Shown here: positions 21,426-31,081 of the stretch, piece after piece
How the letters are laid out: every line of letters begins with the position of its first letter
Position numbering within the stretch: position 1 is the stretch's first letter
Origin: Candidatus Heimdallarchaeum endolithica
Lineage (GTDB): Archaea > Asgardarchaeota > Heimdallarchaeia > Heimdallarchaeales > Heimdallarchaeaceae
DNA length: 64,000 bases
Direction of reading: 5' to 3'
NCBI GenBank assembly: GCA_021513715.1
Contig: CP084167.1
Location: 1,760,001 to 1,824,000 of the forward strand
Made by a program: the position numbers and the translations under genes
Notes under the pieces: generated by a model
The model's input: the letters and a program-made list of their open reading frames with translations, nothing else
Databases searched by the model: none
What the model was told of the DNA's origin: nothing

Positions 21426-22760
21426 TTAGTTTGTTTCGATTTTTACTTTTAAACCTAATTTTCTTAATCTTGTGAAAAACAGCCTTTCCACTTCTGATTC
21501 TTTTACGACTCTTCCAAAGTTAATGTACAAACTATCTTTAAAACTTACAATTGCACAACCTGTTTTCAATACTGGACTGGGAGCAGGAAGGAATTGAAAC
21601 TCTTCAATATAATTTTCTAATGGGTCTGGCATTGAAACTTTACCCAAATTAGTTAAAACGCCAGAATAAAGAAACTCTCCAAGGTGGTTATAAATTAATT
21701 TTCCAAACATTTTTTTGATAAACAATGGTGTAGCTTGCATAAGTGGGTGAAACTCTCCACGTACATTTCTAGCAATTTGTTGGTTAATATACTTATCATT
21801 AACTTCTACCCTCATATAATGGAAAACTTCTTTCAGTATCTCATCAAAAGTAAATTTACCTAGACGAGGATCGATTCCAGGAGTAACATAGAGTGAAAAA
21901 TTTCTCATAGTTTTACTTGGGTATATACGGCGAAGATTCACTGGAATCATTAACCGAATAGGTTTCAACAACTTTTTCTGTTGCTTTTCAGGTAAAGAAA
22001 GCAAAATTTCTTGTAAAGCATCAATATAAACAGCTGAAAGGAATTCAGTTAAAGAAACAGAATGACTTTTAGTGAGTTTTAACAAATCACGTATTGGAAC
22101 TATGCCAGTAGTAATATGATAGATACCTTTTTTCTCGAGCTTATATGGGAGCTGAAAAGCACGTATAATTTTTTCAGGTTCAGGAACAGTTTTCTCATAA
22201 TACCGCTTAAAAGCATCTTCAAATTCTTCAGGATTGGGTTTTTGATCAGGACGAAAAACATCTTTCCAATCTTCAACTTTAGTACCTAAAAGATGGAAAT
22301 ATTCGCCCACTAAGGCTCGGAGAAAAGTTAAAGCTCCAGTACCGTCAGTTAAAGAATGATGAAACTCGACAGCGATTCGATTTTGATAAGCACGAACACG
22401 AAAAGGAAGAAAACCTTTTCTCCTTATTGGCATTTTTTGACATGGATTACGCTCATCTAAGATTACTTTAGGTGTTCCTCTAACTTCACGCCAATGATAC
22501 CAAGAAAAACCTGGACGTAAATTGACATAATAGTAAGGAAAACGGGGGAGAATATTTTCAAAAGCTTGTTGCAAAACCTTTACTTTCACAGGTTCTTTAA
22601 GAGAAGACGATAATCTGAATAAACAAGGAATCCTTCTACTAGAAACTAAACTAAACAAAGTAGCAGCATTATCCAATAAATATCGATTTTTTTTACAGAA
22701 AAATTCTTCACTTACAACTGTTTCATTTACATTTTCTTTATCAGAATGTGTCTGGTTCAA
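21426..22760 (-). CDS. Alcohol acetyltransferase-like acyltransferase, tandem paralogue
   Basis: LDNAA, FHHSLTDG, PVNLR, TNLG; visibly homologous to 20012-21301. Confidence 0.8.
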   Translation of the reverse strand: MNQTHSDKENVNETVVSEEFFCKKNRYLLDNAATLFSLVSSRRIPCLFRLSSSLKEPVKVKVLQQAFENILPRFPYYYVNLRPGFSWYHWREVRGTPKVILDERNPCQKMPIRRKGFLPFRVRAYQNRIAVEFHHSLTDGTGALTFLRALVGEYFHLLGTKVEDWKDVFRPDQKPNPEEFEDAFKRYYEKTVPEPEKIIRAFQLPYKLEKKGIYHITTGIVPIRDLLKLTKSHSVSLTEFLSAVYIDALQEILLSLPEKQQKKLLKPIRLMIPVNLRRIYPSKTMRNFSLYVTPGIDPRLGKFTFDEILKEVFHYMRVEVNDKYINQQIARNVRGEFHPLMQATPLFIKKMFGKLIYNHLGEFLYSGVLTNLGKVSMPDPLENYIEEFQFLPAPSPVLKTGCAIVSFKDSLYINFGRVVKESEVERLFFTRLRKLGLKVKIETN

Positions 22761-22820
22761 ATTCTCACCAACATATTCAATTGGAAATTAACAACTTAAT
22801 TTAAGACGATATTTAATGCT

Positions 22821-23642
22821 TTATTTTGCTGAAGAAGATGAATGAATAAAAAACTTTGCAATCCGTGTTGCAATATAAGCAACAACAGACAAACCAAAAA
22901 GCAAATATAAACCCCCATCCACCAATAAAGCAGCTGTTGCCCAATAAATGAAAGAAACAAACTTCTTGGTTAGAGTAAGATCACGAAGCAAATAAGGGAT
23001 ACGTAAAATAAGAGTTGCCGCAATAACATAAAGCATAGGTGCAAAACCAATAGAAAGGAGTTTAGCTCGTAAGGTAGGACCACGTCGGAAAGTAGTGAAC
23101 TCAGGATGAAAATCAGAACTTTTCCTTTTTTCATATTTAGAAAGCAATATGGGAATAGGAATAGTTACTTTGGAAAGAGAATCTTTTCTAACATGAATAA
23201 AATGAAATCCACGTTCTTCAAAAAGAGCGATTAGCTTGTAAGCAGCTTCAAAATCAACCCTTAAATCATAAGCAATAAGTTTCTTTGTTCGAATACGAAT
23301 TAAATAATCCTTGTCATAAGATAATAAATAAATTCCAAATAATTCAGAAAAGAGCCATTCTTTATTATTTTTGGGTTCATGAATAATAAATTTGTCAACA
23401 TTAAAATCAATAATTATTTCTCCACGGATAATTAAATAGATTAAAATAAGCAGGAGAGCATTTAACAAGCCAAAATAAAACCAAAGACTTAAACCAAATA
23501 GACGACCAATATGGATTTCGTTATGATATGGGATATAATAAGCTAAAGAAGTAACAACAATAAGCAAGAATAAAGTAGAGTATCTAACATGCATCCGTTG
23601 CTCAAAATGCCCATTATTAAAGGAGTAATCCATACTTGTCAA
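22821..23642 (-). CDS. Hypothetical membrane protein
   Basis: 273-aa ORF with two N-terminal and two C-terminal hydrophobic segments. Confidence 0.55.
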   Translation of the reverse strand: MTSMDYSFNNGHFEQRMHVRYSTLFLLIVVTSLAYYIPYHNEIHIGRLFGLSLWFYFGLLNALLLILIYLIIRGEIIIDFNVDKFIIHEPKNNKEWLFSELFGIYLLSYDKDYLIRIRTKKLIAYDLRVDFEAAYKLIALFEERGFHFIHVRKDSLSKVTIPIPILLSKYEKRKSSDFHPEFTTFRRGPTLRAKLLSIGFAPMLYVIAATLILRIPYLLRDLTLTKKFVSFIYWATAALLVDGGLYLLFGLSVVAYIATRIAKFFIHSSSSAK

Positions 23643-23746
23643 GATGTAATAAACAAAGAAACATTATAAAACTTTTTCATTATAATAATATTTTATATCG
23701 ATAAAATAATGAAAAGAAAAAGAAAAGTTGAAAAAAAAGAGAAAAA

Positions 23747-24301
23747 TTAAAAACTAAAATCATCAAATTCTTGCTCATGGACATATTGCGATAAAGATAA
23801 TTCAGAGAAAGGAGAGAGACCAACATATGACCATTGACCAATTACTTCAACAATAATAATCAGATCAGGATTTTCTAAATCAACTTTACCATTAGCAATT
23901 TTTAAGGCAATAGAAGAGATAATAGACTTTCTATCTAATTGAGTGTGTCTACGACGTAAAAGAATTTTCCAACTGTGCTCAGAACTAATTTTAGAAGAGA
24001 GAAGAGAACCAATTTGCTCAAAATTGTCTAAAGAAGAAGACATCTCATACTGAAAAGGAACCAATTTTAAACAAAATCTAAAAATAGAAGGATCAGATTC
24101 CACTAAACGAGTTAGAAGTTCTAAAGTAGTAACAGAATCCTGCTCAAAAAAAGCTAGAGACAAACCAGAAATTTTCTTAACAGGATATACAGTTACATCA
24201 TCATAGCCCAACAATTCAGTAAGGGCATAGTAAACCTCACTAGAAGCACTACGTTCAAAATTCCTAGCACTAGAAATAACTAAACCATTCTTTTCGTTCA
24301 T
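23747..24301 (-). CDS. THUMP-domain RNA-binding protein
   Basis: FCLKLVP, WKILLRRRH, KVDLENPDLIIIVEVIG; likely start MNEKNG at 24301. Confidence 0.8.
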   Translation of the reverse strand: MNEKNGLVISSARNFERSASSEVYYALTELLGYDDVTVYPVKKISGLSLAFFEQDSVTTLELLTRLVESDPSIFRFCLKLVPFQYEMSSSLDNFEQIGSLLSSKISSEHSWKILLRRRHTQLDRKSIISSIALKIANGKVDLENPDLIIIVEVIGQWSYVGLSPFSELSLSQYVHEQEFDDFSF

Positions 24302-24460
24302 ATTAATATAAAAAAGATGAGGTTTTAAAAGATTGCTTAAAGAAATTAAATGTAAAAAAAGAGCCAATAAGGGAAATATTTAAAGAATAAGAGCAGAAAA
24401 GAAAAGTTAATAAAAGGTGAAAAAGAGTAAAACACAAGAAACATAAAAAAACAAAAACAA

Positions 24461-24577
24461 AGCGCGGTAGGATAGATTTGGTATAGTCCGCTGGGCTCAT
24501 ATTTCAATTTCAAGCCCTCTAACAAGGGTTTAGGAGAAACCCAGAGATCGGTGGTTCGAGTCCACCCCGCGCTACCA
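24461..24577 (+). tRNA. Initiator tRNA-Met(CAT) with 37-nt intron at position 37/38 (24502-24538)
   Basis: AGCGCGG/CCGCGCT acceptor stem with A1-U72; CTGGG-CTCATA|A-CCCAG anticodon arm with three G-C pairs; GGTGGTTCGAGTCCACC T-arm; encoded CCA. Confidence 0.93.
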
Positions 24578-25162
24578 TTATTATTCTGCTATTTTTTCAT
24601 TTCAGTTTTTTTAGTTGTTTTCATTTTCTTTTTTTTAGCAAAGTTCAAATATTTTCTTATTATTCGCGCTGTATGCCTTCTGAATCATCTTATTCATTTT
24701 GTATTCCTTGAACCTCGATTTCTTTGTTCTCATTGTCCGTTTTACACTCTTAAAGAATGTTTTTTGAGGTGTGGTGCTCTTTGGGGAATGCCTAAGTTCT
24801 GGCGTTTTCGTCCTGAACCTATTAATGCTTTTGAGCGCTATCTTATGTTACTTTTTGGCAGTGTCATTGATCTTTCTCCCTTAACTGGAATGATTTATGG
24901 TCTAATTTTCTTTTTTAAGCAACCTAATTTACATTTAATTTCTGGTATTTTACTTGTTTTTAATTCTGTACTTTTCCTTATTTTAGTCTATTACTTTTCT
25001 AAAGTTCTTCTTGGTTATCGTTGTAAAAAATGTTTGAACTTTTCTTGTTCAATGAACAAAGTAGAAGAAACTATTATTCAACAATTTTTGGATAAAAATC
25101 CCCTCCATTAAACCTTTCTGGGAAAAGTCAGAAAAACAGCAATATTTTTTCTTTTTATTTTA
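24578..25162 (+). pseudogene. 5'-truncated, frameshifted Cys-rich membrane protein gene
   Basis: The only upstream start codon lies inside the tRNA. Motifs EPRFLCSHCPFY and CKKCLNFSC. Removing one C from the C4 run at 25100-25103 continues the frame as NPSIKPFWEKS. Confidence 0.5.
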
Positions 25163-25238
25163 ATTCTTCTTTTTATTGTTTATTCTTTTTTGTTTTTTTT
25201 TGTAAATATTTAAATATTTGATTTTCATTTTTTAGCTA

Positions 25239-26180
25239 ATGCATGATGATTACATTGTTCAAGTTGAGCACTTATCTCGCCGTTTTGGCTCTCGTATGGT
25301 TGTTTATAACCTTTCTATAAACATTCCTAAAGGATATATTTATGGATTATTAGGTCCTAATGGAGCAGGTAAAAGCACAACTATTAAAACTTTAACTGGT
25401 CGTATTCGCCCTACTTCTGGTACTGTTCGTGTTTTTGGTTTAGACCCTTGGACACATCGAAAACTAATCAATTTCCGCCTTGGCTATTTACCTGAAAACC
25501 CCTCTTTTTATCAAGATATGAAGGTCTTATCTTTCACAAAACTTGTGGCCCGACTTTACAACTTTTCTCGTTCTGAGGCTCTTTCTCGAGCTCGTGTTGT
25601 TTTAGATCTTTTGGGATTGGGTCGTTTTGAGAATTATCGTGTAGGTAACTTGTCACAAGGCCAAAAACAACGTCTTGGTTTTGCTTGTGCTATTCTTAAT
25701 GAACCAGAGTTTCTTATTTTAGACGAACCTACTGCCAATCTTGACCCTGAAGGTCGTGTTTATGTTATGGACCTAATTTCCCGTTTACGTGATGAAGGAA
25801 AGACTATCCTCATTAGCAGTCACATTTTACCAGAAATTGAGCGTATGTGTGATTACATTGGTATTATTTCTAATGGTCACCTTCTAACATCTAAAAAGAC
25901 TACACAATTGATCAAGGATGTTTATGATCTTGAGTATAAAATAGTTGTTTCTGACCCAGAAGCTTTGGTTAAAGAGTTTTCTAAATGGGATTTTATATCA
26001 GATTTTACTCTTGAGGATAATTTAATAATTGTTGAAATCAAGAATGAACGCCTTAATGATTTATGGAAATCTGTACCTCAATTTTGTTCAGAGAATAATA
26101 TTGAACTTCGTACAATGTCTCCTGTGAAAGATCCTCTGGAGAAGGTTTTCTTGTCCTTAGTTCATATTGGAGGTGTTTAA
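25239..26180 (+). CDS. ABC-2 type transporter ATP-binding protein
   Basis: GPNGAGKS, LSQGQ, LILDEPT, SSH. Confidence 0.92.
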   Translation: MHDDYIVQVEHLSRRFGSRMVVYNLSINIPKGYIYGLLGPNGAGKSTTIKTLTGRIRPTSGTVRVFGLDPWTHRKLINFRLGYLPENPSFYQDMKVLSFTKLVARLYNFSRSEALSRARVVLDLLGLGRFENYRVGNLSQGQKQRLGFACAILNEPEFLILDEPTANLDPEGRVYVMDLISRLRDEGKTILISSHILPEIERMCDYIGIISNGHLLTSKKTTQLIKDVYDLEYKIVVSDPEALVKEFSKWDFISDFTLEDNLIIVEIKNERLNDLWKSVPQFCSENNIELRTMSPVKDPLEKVFLSLVHIGGV

Positions 26181-27054
26181 TGTGAGTAATAACTTTTCAA
26201 CAATTTTCAACAGATTTGGTGATTTTTATCGCCGTTCTGGTTTATCTTTAAAGTCTTTTATTATTGCTAACCATACTTTTAATCAAAATCTCAAGAACAA
26301 GCGTTTTTACATTATTTTCTTTTATTTCCTTCTTCCTGTTTTTGGCAGCATTTTTGATGTTTTAATTTCTGAACCTTCATATTACTCAGGAAAAGCTTAT
26401 GCAGTTTATCAAATTCATCAATCTCTCAACAGTACTTTACAAGTTTGGTGGATGTCTATTTTTGGCCAATTATTTATTATTCTTATTGCGAGCGACGCTA
26501 TTTCTAGTGAATTTGAGAAGGGGACTATTTTGTCTCTTAAGTCTCGTCCAATTAGTAATGTTGACATTTTTCTGGGAAAATTCATTGGCATCATTATTCT
26601 TTCCTTTATTTTAGTTATTCCTGGAGGATTTATCATCTACCTAACTCAAATTTGGACCTACGCTCCCAAGAATTTTTGGTGGGTATTCTGGCATTCTCTT
26701 GATGAATTAATTGTTTGTCTTTTAGTTGTAATATTGGGATTTGTGTTACTACTTAGCATATGTTTTCTCTTCTCTTCAATATTCAACAAATCACTTCAAG
26801 CTACTTTAGTTTCTTTACTTGTTATCTTTGCAGTCCAGCTCCTATCCTCTGTTTTTTCTTTTTCAGATAATTTAATGAGTAAATTTAACATCACTCGTTA
26901 TTTACAACATTTTCTCAACCCTGTTTTATACAATGTCAATACAATAACTACATCAGGGTCCATTACAAACGAACTTATAGGTTTTATTGCTTTAATAACC
27001 ATTCTACAGTTTATTGGCTTTTGGATTTTTAGTAAAAAGGAGGTTCACCAATGA
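26167..27054 (+). CDS. ABC-2 type transporter permease
   Basis: About 6 TM helices; ISSEFEKGT...SRPIS...IFLGK motif. Confidence 0.85.
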   Translation: MEVFNVSNNFSTIFNRFGDFYRRSGLSLKSFIIANHTFNQNLKNKRFYIIFFYFLLPVFGSIFDVLISEPSYYSGKAYAVYQIHQSLNSTLQVWWMSIFGQLFIILIASDAISSEFEKGTILSLKSRPISNVDIFLGKFIGIIILSFILVIPGGFIIYLTQIWTYAPKNFWWVFWHSLDELIVCLLVVILGFVLLLSICFLFSSIFNKSLQATLVSLLVIFAVQLLSSVFSFSDNLMSKFNITRYLQHFLNPVLYNVNTITTSGSITNELIGFIALITILQFIGFWIFSKKEVHQ

Positions 27055-28115
27055 AATTCAAGAATATTTCACGGATAATATGTTTAACTCTTTTTATTTT
27101 TATTTTTAGTTCAACTTTTATTTCTGCAACTGAAACTACTACTGAACAAGGAGCAAAAACTAGGTTAGAACTGTTAGAAGAATTTATTCAGGATACTTAT
27201 TTAAATGACAGTTTCTCTAATGAACCTAACCAGAATTCTTCTATTGAATCCACTTACTATGGTGTTTTATTGTCTGATTACTTGAAAATTAGCTATGATA
27301 TTTATGATATTATTTTTTACATCCAAAAACATCAGAAAAGTGATTACGGTTTTTCTAATCAAATAAAACAAGAAACAACTATTAATGCTACCTTTTTTGC
27401 AGTTCAAACTTTAAAGCAATTAAGTGTAGGAAGTGAAGACCTTAACAATTGGCAGATTTTTCAATATCTCAATAAATCTATTTCAGAGATTCTTTATAAC
27501 CCTTCAAATTATGTTAATTTGACTACTCAAGATATTCTTACTATTAATCGTTTCTTTTTAGCTAGTTCTATCTTAAATGAAACTGTCCTATTTCCGTATA
27601 ATTCTCTAATTAATGCCCTAAAACAAATACAATTCACAAATGGTACCTATCCTAGTTTTTATTATGCAGTTGAGATTAGTTCTCTTCTTTCTCTTTTTGA
27701 ACAACCCCCTGCAGATGTACAAGGAACTATTCGTTATCTCAAATCATTTCGTTTTAACGATACTGGATTTACAAAAGACTCCTCTGATATCATTTCTATA
27801 AAGGACACTTACTATGCAATTTCAACAATTTATACTTTAGGAGAAGAAGTTGAAAACAAGAACAAGATTGTTGATGCTATTTTAGATCTACAAACTCCTG
27901 AGGGAGGTTTTATGGATAAAAAAAGTCAAAACCCTACTCTTGAAAGTTCTTATTTTGCTTATCAAATCCTTCTTCTGCTCAACAGTATAAAGAGTTTAGA
28001 TCAGCTAGCCTTTCTAGAATCCACAGGTTTTCTAAACTTTAATTTTCTCATAATAGGAAGTGTGTCTCTACTTTCACTAATAATAATTAGAAAAAAAAGA
28101 ACTAAAAAACTTTAA
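27051..28115 (+). CDS. Secreted prenyltransferase/squalene-oxidase-repeat surface protein with C-terminal anchor
   Basis: Signal peptide; repeats Q..DYGF...TFFAV and LQTPEGGF...SYFA; C-terminal TM plus RKKR tail. Confidence 0.7.
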   Translation: MKFKNISRIICLTLFIFIFSSTFISATETTTEQGAKTRLELLEEFIQDTYLNDSFSNEPNQNSSIESTYYGVLLSDYLKISYDIYDIIFYIQKHQKSDYGFSNQIKQETTINATFFAVQTLKQLSVGSEDLNNWQIFQYLNKSISEILYNPSNYVNLTTQDILTINRFFLASSILNETVLFPYNSLINALKQIQFTNGTYPSFYYAVEISSLLSLFEQPPADVQGTIRYLKSFRFNDTGFTKDSSDIISIKDTYYAISTIYTLGEEVENKNKIVDAILDLQTPEGGFMDKKSQNPTLESSYFAYQILLLLNSIKSLDQLAFLESTGFLNFNFLIIGSVSLLSLIIIRKKRTKKL

Positions 28116-28144
28116 TTTTTGATTTTTATTTTTTTTTAAGTATT

Positions 28145-29212
28145 TTACTCCTTATAACCCCATTTTTCTATCATATCAATCCATTCATTAGTTATTTTTT
28201 CTTTTTCTTCTGGAGGAATAGAATAACTTGCTGCTTTAAATTCTTTAATCGAATCAAGATATGAACTGATTATTGGTTTTACTTCGTTAAAATCTCCTAA
28301 AGATAATTTATCATAAATTCTTTTGAGATTCTCTAAAGGATTTGCAACTAGATCCTCATATTTAACTTCTACATAGTGCCCCTCTGGGAGATTTTGGATA
28401 TCTTCATATAACCTTTTATGCATTGTTTTGTAAGTTGATAAAATTAGTTCATCCAAGTCGTAAGTTCTTTTTTGAAATTCATAGTATTTAATATTATGTT
28501 TGTGTAATTTTCTTGTTGAATAGAATACATGATATGGATTTCTATAAATATGTACAAATTTTGCTTTTGGAAAAATTTCATGTAGGATTTTCACTTTTGC
28601 TGTATCAGATGGATTTTTCAGTACTAGTTGTTTTCCTCCTTTTGCCAAGGTTAACTTCTTTATCATGTACTCAAAGCTTTCCTTAAATTCCTTAATGACT
28701 TTTTTTTCAGCGTTTTCAAAGGTTAATGTTTTCATGTATTTATCTAAATGTCTTGGAAAGGCAATAGCTGCTAGAGGAGAGTGAAGACATAAACTCATTA
28801 TCGCAAATTCATGTTCATGTGGCATACGAGGAGACATTCGAACATTATCTGTTGGTCTCTTCTTAGGAGTAAAGGGAGCCATTAAATTGTGGATTAATTT
28901 ATTACTTCCGCATATTAGATGTGGAAAAGCTGTTTCTGCCATAGACATATATTCAAATTGTGGATCTAATGTTAATAATGTGTGAAGATGTGTTGTTCCA
29001 CTTCTCCAGTGGCCAATAACAAAAATAGGTTCCTTATCAACATTAATTTGTTTTATTTTTTTTCCAAAACGAATTTTCTCATACCAGCGGAGAGGTGCTG
29101 TAATTAATACAATAATTGTAATCCCAATGAATTTTGGGACATATTTCAACTTAATTCTGAATCTTATTTGCCATAAAAGTTTAAACCAAGTAATTGTGTT
29201 ACATCCAATAAT
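28145..29212 (-). CDS. Sulfotransferase-family protein (probable non-AUG start)
   Basis: GHWRSGTTHL PAPS-binding motif, LKNP, HIYRNP, YEDL; frame stays open upstream of TTG 29149 to a GGAGG SD. Confidence 0.8.
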   Translation of the reverse strand: MIGCNTITWFKLLWQIRFRIKLKYVPKFIGITIIVLITAPLRWYEKIRFGKKIKQINVDKEPIFVIGHWRSGTTHLHTLLTLDPQFEYMSMAETAFPHLICGSNKLIHNLMAPFTPKKRPTDNVRMSPRMPHEHEFAIMSLCLHSPLAAIAFPRHLDKYMKTLTFENAEKKVIKEFKESFEYMIKKLTLAKGGKQLVLKNPSDTAKVKILHEIFPKAKFVHIYRNPYHVFYSTRKLHKHNIKYYEFQKRTYDLDELILSTYKTMHKRLYEDIQNLPEGHYVEVKYEDLVANPLENLKRIYDKLSLGDFNEVKPIISSYLDSIKEFKAASYSIPPEEKEKITNEWIDMIEKWGYKE

Positions 29213-29277
29213 GGTTATAACCTCCTCTATTTAGGAATAAAATGATATTTTTAAGTTTTAACATGAGGAACACAGGC

Positions 29278-29355
29278 TTTCTCAGCTCCCTTTCAGACAG
29301 TTCTTTCCGAGAGCAAGATTTGCGTACAAGAATTTTGTACAAAAATTAAGTTGAT
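29278..29355 (+). mobile_element. Degenerate orphan right end of an IS200/IS605 (tnpB) element
   Basis: TCTTTCCGAGAGCAAGATTTGCGTACAA...AAAAATTAAGTTGAT matches the reverse complement of about 54606-54670; both matches stop at GTTGAT. Confidence 0.65.
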
Positions 29356-29453
29356 GTGCTATCACAAAGTCTAAGATAATTCAAAAGACACACATCATTA
29401 AAAATTATTTTTAAAAGAGAAAGATTTATGTTTTGTTTTGTTTCTTATTCGTA

Positions 29454-31067
29454 ATGAGAAGTGGAAGTAAATCTATTAGGGTTCCAATATATGGAAAAAG
29501 AGGAATGGTCGCGTCAAGCCAGCCTTTAGCTTCAGAGGCAGGGATGAGGATTTTGCAACAAGGAGGAAATGCTGCAGATGCAGCTGTTGCTGTTGCTGCA
29601 GCACTAAACGTTACTGAACCCACTTCTACTGGGATAGGCGGAGATTGTTTTTGTTTATATTGGGATAATAAAGAAAAAAAAGTTACAGGTATTAATGGAA
29701 GTGGAAGAGCACCTAGTAGCTTAACTTTAGAATTTTTACAAGAACAAGGAATAAAAAACAATTTACCTCCTTTTAGTGTTCATACTGTAACTGTCCCTGG
29801 TGCTGCAGCAGGATGGGTAGACACTGTTGAAAAATATGGGACAATGTCATTAAAAGAGATCTTAACTCCAGCTATAGAATTAGCTGAAAAAGGCTTTCCT
29901 GTTTCTCCAATCACTGCTTTTTTCTGGGATAAAGGAGTTAGACAACTAAAGAATGGACCAAATGCAGAAGAACTATTAATTAATGGGAGAGCTCCAAAAG
30001 AGGGTGAAATAATGAAAAACCCTACATTGGCGAATACATTCTGCGAATTAGCTGAACATGGAAAAGCAGGTTTTTACGAAGGTAGAATAGCTGAATCTAT
30101 TATCGAATTATTAGAATCTCTTGGAGGTGTAATGACTTTAGATGATCTAAAAAATCATAAAAGTACATTTGACAAACCCATTTCTGTGAATTATAGAGGA
30201 GTTGATATCTTTGAAATTCCCCCTAATGGACAAGGAATAACTGCTTTAATAGCTCTAAACATTCTTGAAGAGTTTGATATCACAGACATTCAACACTTAT
30301 CTTCAGAGTATTTTCATTTACTTATTGAAATAATGAGAATCGCTTTTGCAGATACAAGATGGTATGTTGCAGATCCTGATGTTGTTTTTATTCCAACTCT
30401 CGAACTTCTTTCTAAAGAATATGCCATAAAAAGAAAAATGCTGTTTAATCCTAATAAAGCTACAATAGACATTCAAAGAGGTTCTCCTTTTTCTAATTCT
30501 GATACTGTTTACTTCTGTGTTGTTGATGGAGAAGGAAATGCTTGCAGTTTTATTAACTCAAATTATATGGGTTTTGGAACAGGTCTTATTCCAAAAAAAT
30601 GTGGCTTCACTTTACAAAATAGAGGGGCTAATTTTTCTCTTGATCCAAATCATCCAAATGTATTGGCCCCTAACAAAAGGCCTTATCATACTATAATACC
30701 AGGAATGGCAGTGCAGAATGGAGAATTATATGCCCCATTCGGGGTAATGGGTGGTTTCATGCAACCTCAAGGGCATGTTCAAATATTGGTAAATATGATA
30801 GATTATGAACTGAATCCTCAACAGGCACTAGATACACCAAGATTTTGCATTAGAGACGGAACAAGTAAAGGAAAGGTGGCCTTAGAAGAGGGAATAGATG
30901 TAACAGTAATGAGCGAATTAGCGAGAATGGGTCATGAAATTGTTCCAATAACAGGATGGGCAAGAGCAGTTTTTGGGAGAGGACAAATAATTAGAAGAAA
31001 TCCTAAAACAGGAGTTCTTTGTGGAGGAACAGATCCACGAGCAGATGGTATCGTCATTGCATGGTAA
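29454..31067 (+). CDS. ggt: Gamma-glutamyltransferase
   Basis: GGNAADAA, GIGGD, PPNGQG, DTVY nucleophile, KRPYHTIIP, GVMGG, DPRADG. Confidence 0.93.
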   Translation: MRSGSKSIRVPIYGKRGMVASSQPLASEAGMRILQQGGNAADAAVAVAAALNVTEPTSTGIGGDCFCLYWDNKEKKVTGINGSGRAPSSLTLEFLQEQGIKNNLPPFSVHTVTVPGAAAGWVDTVEKYGTMSLKEILTPAIELAEKGFPVSPITAFFWDKGVRQLKNGPNAEELLINGRAPKEGEIMKNPTLANTFCELAEHGKAGFYEGRIAESIIELLESLGGVMTLDDLKNHKSTFDKPISVNYRGVDIFEIPPNGQGITALIALNILEEFDITDIQHLSSEYFHLLIEIMRIAFADTRWYVADPDVVFIPTLELLSKEYAIKRKMLFNPNKATIDIQRGSPFSNSDTVYFCVVDGEGNACSFINSNYMGFGTGLIPKKCGFTLQNRGANFSLDPNHPNVLAPNKRPYHTIIPGMAVQNGELYAPFGVMGGFMQPQGHVQILVNMIDYELNPQQALDTPRFCIRDGTSKGKVALEEGIDVTVMSELARMGHEIVPITGWARAVFGRGQIIRRNPKTGVLCGGTDPRADGIVIAW

Positions 31068-31081
31068 GAGAAGGAATCAAT

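Noticed and set aside
24302-24460. Canonical archaeal oriC
   Set aside because: No ORB repeats or adjacent orc1/cdc6; only the compositional signal is reported, as a finding.
24303-24577. ORF 24303-24500 and the GTG start at 24551
   Set aside because: Both overlap the tRNA; their Phe/Leu richness reflects the local A/T skew.
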